Assembly (NCBI GenBank): GCA_965199495.1
Contig: CBDASK010000003.1
Coordinates: forward strand, 3,392,001-3,456,000
Origin: Abditibacterium sp.
GTDB taxonomy: Bacteria; Armatimonadota; Abditibacteriia; Abditibacteriales; Abditibacteriaceae
Direction of reading: 5' to 3'
Length of the DNA stretch: 64,000 nucleotides
In this document: positions 56,815 to 64,000 of the stretch, piece by piece
Position numbering within the stretch: position 1 is the first letter of the stretch
Layout of the letters: each line of letters opens with the position of its first letter
Translations under genes and position numbers: made by a program
Notes under the pieces: model-generated
The model's database searches: none
Told to the model about the DNA's origin: nothing
Seen by the model: only the letters and a program-made list of their open reading frames with translations

Positions 56815-58632
56815 TTACTCATCTTCCTCGCGCGGCAATTCCGCCAAGCCCATCTCCGCCCAACGCTCGACAGGAATATAAGTCGGCGCGCCCGTCAGAG
56901 GGTCTTGGCCACCGCTCGTTTTGGGAAACGGAATTACTTCGCGGATGTTGCCGTCGGCGATGCCTGCCAGCAAAGCCACGACGCGGTCGAAACCGGGCGC
57001 GATGCCGCCGTGTGGCGGCGCGCCGTATTCAAACGCATCGAGCATAAATCCGAAACGTTCCTGCGCGATTTCCATTGGCAAACCGATAACATCGAAGATT
57101 TGCTGCTGAATGTCGCGGCGATGGCAACGAATCGAACCGCTCGCCAACTCGAAACCGTTGAGAACTAAATCGTAAAGCCACGCGCGAATCAAAGCGTGCG
57201 GGTGCAGCGAGTCGCCTTTGGATAGGTTTGTGGTGAAACCCTCGGCGAGCAAATGCATATCTTCCGGGTTGGGCAGGCAAAACGGATGATGCGCGGCGTC
57301 GAAAGTGCCGGATGACGCGTCGTATTCAAACATCGGCGTATCCACGATCCACAGAAAATTGAATTTGTCGCGCGGAATCAAATCCAATCGCTGCGCCATT
57401 TCGCGGCGCAAAAAGTCGAGCGATTGCGCGACAACGCTCGGTTTATCGGCGACGACCAACACTAAATCGCCCGGCCCGGCGTTCATGCGCTCGAAAATGC
57501 CGTTCATCTGATCTTCGGTGAAAAACTTGGCGACGTTCGATTTAATTTCACTTTCGCCCTTAGCAAACGTGGCCAATCCGCGCGCACCGAAACGTTTGAC
57601 GAGTTCGGTCAATGCGTCCACTTCCTTGCGCGAATAAGCAGCCACGCCGGGCGCGCAGATCGCTTTGACCTGTCCGCCCGTGGCGAGGGCGTTGGTGAAA
57701 ACTTTGAATTGCGAATCGGCAACGATGTCGCTGATGTCGGTCAACTCCATGCCAAAACGCGTGTCGGGTTTATCGGTGCCAAAACGTCGCATCGATTCGG
57801 CGTAGGGCATCCGCTCGAACGGAAGCGAAATGTCGATGTTTTTCACCGATTTCATCAAATGCGCGAAGAGTTTCTCGGTGAGTTCGAGAATATCGTCTTG
57901 CACGACGAAACTCATCTCGATGTCGATCTGGGTGAATTCGGGTTGGCGGTCGGCGCGCGCGCTTTCGTCGCGGAAACAGCGCGCGATTTGGAAATACTTC
58001 TCGATGCCGCCAACCATCAACAACTGCTTGGCGATTTGTGGCGATTGCGGCAACACGAACGCTTTGCCGACCGGCTGGCGAACAGGCACGACATATTCGC
58101 GCGCGCCTTCGGGCGTGGATTTCCATAGCAATGGCGTCTCGACTTCCCAGAAACCTTCGGCGTCCAAGAAATTGCGCGTCTCGCGCGACAGGCGATAACG
58201 CATTTCCAAAATATCGCGCACCGGCGCGCGGCGCATATCGAGATAGCGATATTGCAAACGCACGTCTTCCGAAGCGCGCGTGTCGGGCGTCAATTCAAAC
58301 GGCAGCGGCTTGGATGTGTTGAGAATAATCACTTCGTCAACGCGCACTTCGATTTGGCCGGTGGGAAGTTTGGGATTCTCTTTGCCCGCGACGCGCGCCA
58401 CGACTTCGCCGGTGATTTGCAGACAAAACTCGGATTTGACTTGCGCCAGAACATCGTAGATTTCGGCGTTGATTTCGCGGTCGGCGACGATTTGCACCAA
58501 ACCGGAACGGTCGCGCAGGTCAATGAAGCATTGATACGATTGGTCGCGGACGGTGGAAGACCAACCGCAAAGAGTGACGGTTTGGCCGATATTTTCGGGG
58601 CGAAGTTCGCCGCAATGATGGGTGCGTTGCAT
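56815..58632 (-). CDS. aspS: Aspartate--tRNA ligase
   Basis: RTHHCGELR, FIDLRDRSG, STPEGAR, LPQSPQ, CFRDE, DRQPEFTQID, PPHGGIAPGFDR. Confidence 0.98.
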   Translation of the reverse strand: MQRTHHCGELRPENIGQTVTLCGWSSTVRDQSYQCFIDLRDRSGLVQIVADREINAEIYDVLAQVKSEFCLQITGEVVARVAGKENPKLPTGQIEVRVDEVIILNTSKPLPFELTPDTRASEDVRLQYRYLDMRRAPVRDILEMRYRLSRETRNFLDAEGFWEVETPLLWKSTPEGAREYVVPVRQPVGKAFVLPQSPQIAKQLLMVGGIEKYFQIARCFRDESARADRQPEFTQIDIEMSFVVQDDILELTEKLFAHLMKSVKNIDISLPFERMPYAESMRRFGTDKPDTRFGMELTDISDIVADSQFKVFTNALATGGQVKAICAPGVAAYSRKEVDALTELVKRFGARGLATFAKGESEIKSNVAKFFTEDQMNGIFERMNAGPGDLVLVVADKPSVVAQSLDFLRREMAQRLDLIPRDKFNFLWIVDTPMFEYDASSGTFDAAHHPFCLPNPEDMHLLAEGFTTNLSKGDSLHPHALIRAWLYDLVLNGFELASGSIRCHRRDIQQQIFDVIGLPMEIAQERFGFMLDAFEYGAPPHGGIAPGFDRVVALLAGIADGNIREVIPFPKTSGGQDPLTGAPTYIPVERWAEMGLAELPREEDE

Positions 58633-58687
58633 GATACTTAAATGAGAGCTTGGAAAGTATAACGATGGGAATTTTACGGGTTGCGAT

Positions 58688-59599
58688 ATGAAACGATTTT
58701 CCGCGCGCGAGTTCGCGCTATTGTGCGTGCCGGTGGCTGTTGTTGCGGGCGCGGGTTGGTGGGCGGCGCGTCGCCCAAAGCCTGAACCTTATATCGCGCC
58801 GAAATTCTCGCTGAGTTATGAACCTCCGTCGTCGCTCAAAGCGTTCGAGGGCGCCAGAACTGTGATCGTCGCCAAATTGAGTAAGGATTCGCAGGGCAAT
58901 CCCTATATGTTAGACGGTTTGAAAAGTCCCAAATTTTGGCTCGATGTTACCACGCCGCAGGGCATTAAGAGTTGGCGCACCGATGGAACCGGCACTTTTC
59001 AAATCAAAGGTGCTTCTGCGATGAATGGCGCAAACCAGTGGTATTACATCTATCTGACTCAATTGCCCGCTGGCGATTTGACTTTTGGTGTCAGTGGAAC
59101 GGCTGTGAGTTCGTCTTTTCCAAGTTCAGCCCAACCGCATTGGATCAAACAGAAATTGCCCGTAGATAAAACCAAACTGCAAGAATTCGATTTCTCGTTG
59201 CCACGCGCGCCGCTTATCAAACTAAAATCCGCGACGATTTCACAAATCACCCGGCCAATCAGAGCGATCATTCAATTGACTTTCGTTTTGCAGGGCACAA
59301 AGAAAGCAGAAGAAATTGCTGTTCAAACAGATTTGAAAGAATCACATGGCTACGTCCTTTCCAGTTCGATGCAGTTGGATTCAAACGTGCCCCGAAGCCT
59401 CATCGTTGAACCAGATGTTGCTGATGCCAACGGTTTGACCGAGAAAATTGAATTGACCGGACGCATCAGCGCCGATAATCGTTGGCCGCTCGCTTTTAAA
59501 ATCGAGCCGTTCGATTTCAAAAACATTAAAGTTGGTCAAAAACTCAAATTCAAATCGTGGCCCGCGCCGCTTCCATCTGGCGTTGTGTTGAAGAAGTAA
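58688..59599 (+). CDS. Membrane-anchored hypothetical protein, distant member of the paralog family
   Basis: MKRFSAREFALL anchor and C-terminal GRISADNRWPLAFKIE resemble members 1-3. Confidence 0.7.
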   Translation: MKRFSAREFALLCVPVAVVAGAGWWAARRPKPEPYIAPKFSLSYEPPSSLKAFEGARTVIVAKLSKDSQGNPYMLDGLKSPKFWLDVTTPQGIKSWRTDGTGTFQIKGASAMNGANQWYYIYLTQLPAGDLTFGVSGTAVSSSFPSSAQPHWIKQKLPVDKTKLQEFDFSLPRAPLIKLKSATISQITRPIRAIIQLTFVLQGTKKAEEIAVQTDLKESHGYVLSSSMQLDSNVPRSLIVEPDVADANGLTEKIELTGRISADNRWPLAFKIEPFDFKNIKVGQKLKFKSWPAPLPSGVVLKK

Positions 59600-59725
59600 A
59601 CCTAATTTAGAACCGCGTTTTAATCGCTGGTTTCAGGTAACTTTAAGGTTTAACACGCTATTTTTTGTCAATTTTTAAACCCTGTGTCAATTCTCGCGTC
59701 GAATCGGGCGCTTGGAGAATGACAC

Positions 59726-60853
59726 ATGATTCAACCTAACTTTCACAGCAACGATGGCGCGACCGGTGTTTTTGCGGGTGTTCCTGCGATGTCAATGCCG
59801 ACTTTGATGCCGCTGGGCGAAGGCTTGCTCTTTTTACGTTTCGAGAGTCTGAGCGCGATTCGATTGGCCGTGGCTGCATTGAAGAGCGCGCGGTTTGAAT
59901 TGCAACGCAGTGGCGAAGTTTTGTCGGTTCGCGTTGCGCGAACTGATATCGAGCGCTTGACGCAAACGTTGGCGGGTTGCTTGAGTTTGGTCGAGCAGGG
60001 CGCGATTCGCGTGATCTGGGAAGCCGTTGGTCGCGCGCTTTCGATTCGCGATTGCTTCGATGTGCAGACGCTACGCGAGTGGCTGGCGCGCGCGCAGTCC
60101 GGTTGGTTTTTGCAGATGATGCGCGACGACAAGTTCGAGGCGCATTTTCAGCCGATTGTTTCCGTGCGTAATCCCGGCGAAATTTTCGGTTACGAAAGTT
60201 TGTTGCGCGGCGTCTCCGAGCAGGGTTTAATCGCGCCGCTCTCGCTTTTTGAAGTCGCGGGCGGTTTACAGATGCGCGGCGCTCTCGATGGCAAGGCGCG
60301 CCAGAACGCGATTTGCCGGGCCGGTTCGCTGAACATGAAAGAACGTTTGTTCATTAATTGTCTGCCCTCGGCTTTGGACGACGCGCCCGCCGCGTTGCGC
60401 GCGACGTTGAACATCGTGGAAGACGCCGGTTTGAAACACGAGCAGATCGTGTTGGAAATTGTCGAAAGCGAACGCATCGAAGACGCCAAGGCTTTGCGCG
60501 CGGGTTTGGAACTGTTCCGGCGCGCGGGCATCGGCATCGCACTGGACGACTTGGGCGCGGGTTACGCGTCGCTGCATTTATTGGAAAGGTTGCGCCCCGA
60601 TTACGTCAAGCTCGACCGCGAGTTGATTGGTGGCGTGGATAAAGACGGATTCAAAGCCGTCATCGCGCACAAGTTGTTGGAAACCGCGCATGGTTTGAAT
60701 ATCGTCACCGTCGCCGAGGGCGTCGAAACGGCGGACGAATGGGATTGGTTGCGCGCTCACGGCGGCCAGTTGGCGCAGGGTTATTTCTTCGCGCGACCAG
60801 CAGCCACGTTGCCTTTGCCAGCGCAATGGATGAACGCGATTTCGTTGAATTAA
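59726..60853 (+). CDS. EAL-domain c-di-GMP phosphodiesterase
   Basis: HFQPIV, YESLLR, LFIN, LEIVE, ALDDLGAGY, VKLD, AEGVET, QGYFF. Confidence 0.93.
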   Translation: MIQPNFHSNDGATGVFAGVPAMSMPTLMPLGEGLLFLRFESLSAIRLAVAALKSARFELQRSGEVLSVRVARTDIERLTQTLAGCLSLVEQGAIRVIWEAVGRALSIRDCFDVQTLREWLARAQSGWFLQMMRDDKFEAHFQPIVSVRNPGEIFGYESLLRGVSEQGLIAPLSLFEVAGGLQMRGALDGKARQNAICRAGSLNMKERLFINCLPSALDDAPAALRATLNIVEDAGLKHEQIVLEIVESERIEDAKALRAGLELFRRAGIGIALDDLGAGYASLHLLERLRPDYVKLDRELIGGVDKDGFKAVIAHKLLETAHGLNIVTVAEGVETADEWDWLRAHGGQLAQGYFFARPAATLPLPAQWMNAISLN

Positions 60854-60904
60854 TTGGCGTTTTCGCGCGCAACGCGGAAACTGTAACGCAAGTTTTTCAT
60901 TCCC

Positions 60905-61452
60905 ATGTCGCGCCGCGTTTTTCTCGCTTTATTTCTGTGCGCCCTCGTTTCGCCCGCGCCCGCGCAAACTTTGCATCGCGAATTCGCCCAAGCCGACGCC
61001 GCGTGGGACAAGCGCGATTATGCGGCGGCGGAAGCGCATTTTAATAGCGCGCTTAAGTGGGTTGGCGATGATGAAAACGCTGAAGCGCACGCCTATTTTG
61101 GACGTGGCGCGATGCGTTTGCAGCAAAAAAGTGGTCGAGCGCGCGCGACGATTTGACGCGTTCGATTGATCTCAATCCCAATAATCCCGAAGCGTTCGCT
61201 TCGCGCGGCATGGCGCGCAAAGCGCTGGGCGATTACACCGGTTTGCTCGCCGATGCGCATCGCGCCGCGCAACTTGACGCGGATTATGTGGGCTTTGAAG
61301 ACGACGCGAAATCCACCGTCAACTGGAAGCGCGCGATGCTGGGCTTTCTCGTTTTGGCCTTCATTTTGGGAGCCGTGGGAGTCGTGCCGATGATGCGCAG
61401 TTTTGCGCACATTATCAAAGCCGAATCACAGGCGCGCGCGAAAGAGGGATGA
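60905..61452 (+). pseudogene. Exported TPR protein with C-terminal TM, frameshifted at an A6 run (or sequencing error)
   Basis: Adding one A to the run at 61125-61130 joins the ORFs as ...LQQKKWSSARDDLTRSIDLNPNN..., a continuous TPR. Confidence 0.7.
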
Positions 61453-61653
61453 GCGGAAGCATTTGTGAAAACCCAAAGAATGAATTGGCGTGCGCAACGT
61501 CGGCATTGGATGTGCGTTGGAAAATATGCAAGGTAAAATATCATGAAACCAAAAATGTTCTCCAAACCCGTCCGATGGCTCCTCGAAGGCGCGCTCGCTA
61601 TCGCCGCAAGCGGCGCGATTTTCTTTTTGAGCTAACGCCGCAATTCTCCTTTT

Positions 61654-62106
61654 ATGAACTCGCGTGAGCGCACCCGTTGGATGCCGTGGACAGACCCGAT
61701 TTGTCTGGCGGCGTGGGGTGCGTATTGTCTCAATCGTTTCGTGTTGGCGCCGCAATGGGGCGATACATTGCCGTTTTTGCGCGAACACTTCAACGATTCC
61801 CTGCTCATTCCTGCCGCGTTGCCATTGCTTTATTGGGCGCGTTTTGGGTTGGGATTGCGCGAAACCGATGCGCCGCCAACGTGGCGCGATGTTTTGTTGT
61901 GGTGCGCGGGTTGGTCGCTCTTCTTCGAGTGGATCGGCCCCCGCTATTTGCATTATTCGGTCGGCGATTGGGGCGACGTGGCTGCTTATTTCGTCGGTGG
62001 CATCATCGCGGCGGCGTGGTGGAATCGCGGTTGCAAACGCGCTCATAAACGCGAAATGCTCGAAGCAAAACAGGGTGGACGAAGCGGCGCGTCTCCATTA
62101 AGCTAA
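61654..62106 (+). CDS. Hypothetical membrane protein
   Basis: Hydrophobic ORF with Y..NR, HFND.L, FEW..P, GDWGD...Y..G pattern. Confidence 0.7.
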   Translation: MNSRERTRWMPWTDPICLAAWGAYCLNRFVLAPQWGDTLPFLREHFNDSLLIPAALPLLYWARFGLGLRETDAPPTWRDVLLWCAGWSLFFEWIGPRYLHYSVGDWGDVAAYFVGGIIAAAWWNRGCKRAHKREMLEAKQGGRSGASPLS

Positions 62107-62117
62107 AGTGCCCCCTT

Positions 62118-62525
62118 ATGGAACGCACCCTCATTGTTTTGAAACCCGACTGCGTGCAGCGCGGTCTGTGCGGCGACGTTTTGTCCCGCTTCGAGAAGCG
62201 CGGCTTTAAAATCGCCGCCATGAAACTGCTCACCGTCTCCAAAGACCTCGCCGAGCAACATTACGCTGAACACGCCGAAAAACCGTTCTTCCCCGGATTG
62301 GTCGAGTTCATCACCGGCGCGCCGAGTTTGGCGATGGTTTTGGAGGGTCAGGACGCCATCGCGCTATCGCGCCAGATGATCGGCGCGACCAACCCGCTCG
62401 ATGCCAACCCCGCCACGATTCGCGGCTCGTTGACCAACGACAAACAGTTCAACCTGATTCACGGTTCGGATTCCGCTGATTCGGCCAGCCGCGAATTGAA
62501 GTTGTGGTTTCCCGAATTGAGTTAG
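62118..62525 (+). CDS. ndk: Nucleoside-diphosphate kinase
   Basis: ERTL..LKPD.VQR, HYAEH..KPFF, GATNP, TIRG, NLIHGSDS. Confidence 0.98.
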   Translation: MERTLIVLKPDCVQRGLCGDVLSRFEKRGFKIAAMKLLTVSKDLAEQHYAEHAEKPFFPGLVEFITGAPSLAMVLEGQDAIALSRQMIGATNPLDANPATIRGSLTNDKQFNLIHGSDSADSASRELKLWFPELS

Positions 62526-62607
62526 TTTTCTTCGCTGCACCATCTGCCCGTAGAGACACGACAAGTCGGTGTCTCTACGGGCAGATGGTGCAGCGAAGAA
62601 AACTAAC
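62522..62607. repeat. Long hairpin with a GTAGAGAC core (family A-related)
   Basis: TTAGTTTTCTTCGCTGCACCATCTGCCCGTAGAGACAC...GTGTCTCTACGGGCAGATGGTGCAGCGAAGAAAACTAA. Confidence 0.85.
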
Positions 62608-62663
62608 AAAGAAAAAGCGACGAGCAAATTTTCATTTGCTCGCCGCTTTTTGCTTATCCAAAT

Positions 62664-63998
62664 TCACGCCCGAATCACGCCGCGATAATCTTTGGCATCC
62701 GCCGCGAAACCGGGGAAAACCGCTTGCATATCTTTCAGCCCCATGTGTTTGTCGGCGATTTCGGCGAAGACGCTACGAAAATCGGTCGTGACGGCCAAGT
62801 CGCGGTTTTCATACAATTTGTCGGGTGCCAAGCCGGGCCATTGGCCCAGCACTTTGCCGCCAGCCACGTCGCCGCCCAGCGCGATGAAACAGGTGCCGTG
62901 ACCGTGATCCGTTCCGCCGTTGCCGTTCTGGCGCGCGGTGCGACCAAACTCGCTCATCGTCAAAACCGTCACGTCGGCCATGCGGTCGCCCATGTCCGTC
63001 CAGAACGCGGCCAAACTTTGGCCGACATCGCCCAGACGGCGCGCCAACTGGCCATTGGCGCCGCCCTGATTGGCGTGCGTGTCCCAGCCGCCGGTTTCGG
63101 CGAACGCGATTTCGGTTCCGACATCGGCTTTGATCATCTGCGCGATCTGTTTCAGCGAACGGCCCAACTGCGAGTTGCCATAATTCGCGTTGCCGTCGGG
63201 CGCGTATTTATTGGGGTCTAAGCTCGACAGAATTTTGATTGCCTCGAAGGTTTCCTGACCGGTGCCATGCAAAACGTCGCCGACCGCGCCATCGTAAAGC
63301 GCCTCGAATCCGCCGTTGTTATTGCCGCCGCCCATCGAAGCCATCGCGGTTTTTCCGCCGCCGCCACCACTCATGCCGCGACCGACGCCAAAAGTCGCTA
63401 AATCGGCAATCGCGAGCGCGTCGGGATCGCCGTCGAGCGAGCGCGGCAAACGCGCGGTCATCGCGACGGTTTGGATTTGCTTGCCGTGGCTGGTGTCTTC
63501 GGGGCACTGCGCCGAAACGCGCGCCAGCCAACCGGTATTGATGGATTTGTTGCCCGGCACCGCCGATTCCATGTAATCCTGCGCGTCGAAGTGCGAGCGC
63601 GTCGCGTTGGGCGAGCCGACCGCCTGAATCGGCGCCAGATGCCCGGCGTCGTAAATCGGCTTGAGCGCCGCCAACGCCGGGTTCAATCCGAACTTGCCGT
63701 CCAAATCAATCACGCCGCCTTCGCCCGAACGCGCCAGAGCGATGCCATTGTTGCTGACCGAGCGCAGATTATAATAATCAGCGTCGCCGTGCGGCACAAC
63801 AACCGATAATCCGTCAACGGCGCCGCGCAGGAAAATGCAAACCAGCACTTTCTTGCCACCCGCCTTGCGCGTGTTGCGCTGTGCGTCGGCGGCAAACGCC
63901 GTCCCACGCAGAAAATCGGGGCCAAGGCCCGGCATCAAGCCAATCGAAGCCAGCGCCAGAGCGCCGGACTTAAGAAATACGCGTCGTGAAGTGTTCAT
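62664..63998 (-). CDS. Tat-exported DUF1501-family protein
   Basis: SRRVFLK twin-arginine signal; FLRGAVDGL, RSHFDAQ, GGWDTH, SEFGRT, GTDHG. Confidence 0.9.
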   Translation of the reverse strand: MNTSRRVFLKSGALALASIGLMPGLGPDFLRGTAFAADAQRNTRKAGGKKVLVCIFLRGAVDGLSVVVPHGDADYYNLRSVSNNGIALARSGEGGVIDLDGKFGLNPALAALKPIYDAGHLAPIQAVGSPNATRSHFDAQDYMESAVPGNKSINTGWLARVSAQCPEDTSHGKQIQTVAMTARLPRSLDGDPDALAIADLATFGVGRGMSGGGGGKTAMASMGGGNNNGGFEALYDGAVGDVLHGTGQETFEAIKILSSLDPNKYAPDGNANYGNSQLGRSLKQIAQMIKADVGTEIAFAETGGWDTHANQGGANGQLARRLGDVGQSLAAFWTDMGDRMADVTVLTMSEFGRTARQNGNGGTDHGHGTCFIALGGDVAGGKVLGQWPGLAPDKLYENRDLAVTTDFRSVFAEIADKHMGLKDMQAVFPGFAADAKDYRGVIRA

Positions 63999-64000
63999 TT

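Noticed and set aside
61449..61667. 72-aa ORF
   Set aside because: No motif or compositional support; overlaps a competing short ORF

Overview
A 64-kb GC-rich bacterial chromosomal segment. Gene style is reminiscent of Abditibacteriota/Armatimonadota, which is an inference only. It is mostly housekeeping genes (dapL, pgi, accA/accD, pheA, uvrB, glmU-like/prs/rplY, era, htpX, lepB, glyQS, aroB, hflX, aspS, ndk) plus four tRNA genes lacking encoded CCA. These are interspersed with at least six families of intergenic palindromic REP/MITE-like repeats and several small accessory patches: three toxin-antitoxin pairs, an orphan CdiI-like gene, and a TIR/methyltransferase pair. No integrase, transposase, prophage or CRISPR array was seen. 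The most notable observations are: (1) a non-palindromic 7-mer CGTGGCT/AGCCACG present about once per kb on both strands and in several reading frames, with an inverted pair forming a hairpin between convergent genes, as DNA-uptake sequences do; (2) a TIR domain fused to a DnaX/DnaA-like C-terminal domain and interrupted by one in-frame TAA, next to a frameshifted DNA methyltransferase; (3) an array of membrane-anchored paralogs with nucleotide-identical 5' ends, a duplicated ubiA 3' end, and an embedded toxin knocked out of frame by a 13-bp tandem repeat; (4) an atypical second tRNA-Ser(GCU) whose precursor spacer carries an 18-nt antisense copy of its own D-arm; (5) a PilZ-TM-GH26 fusion. 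All family assignments come from motif recognition by eye, not database searches.
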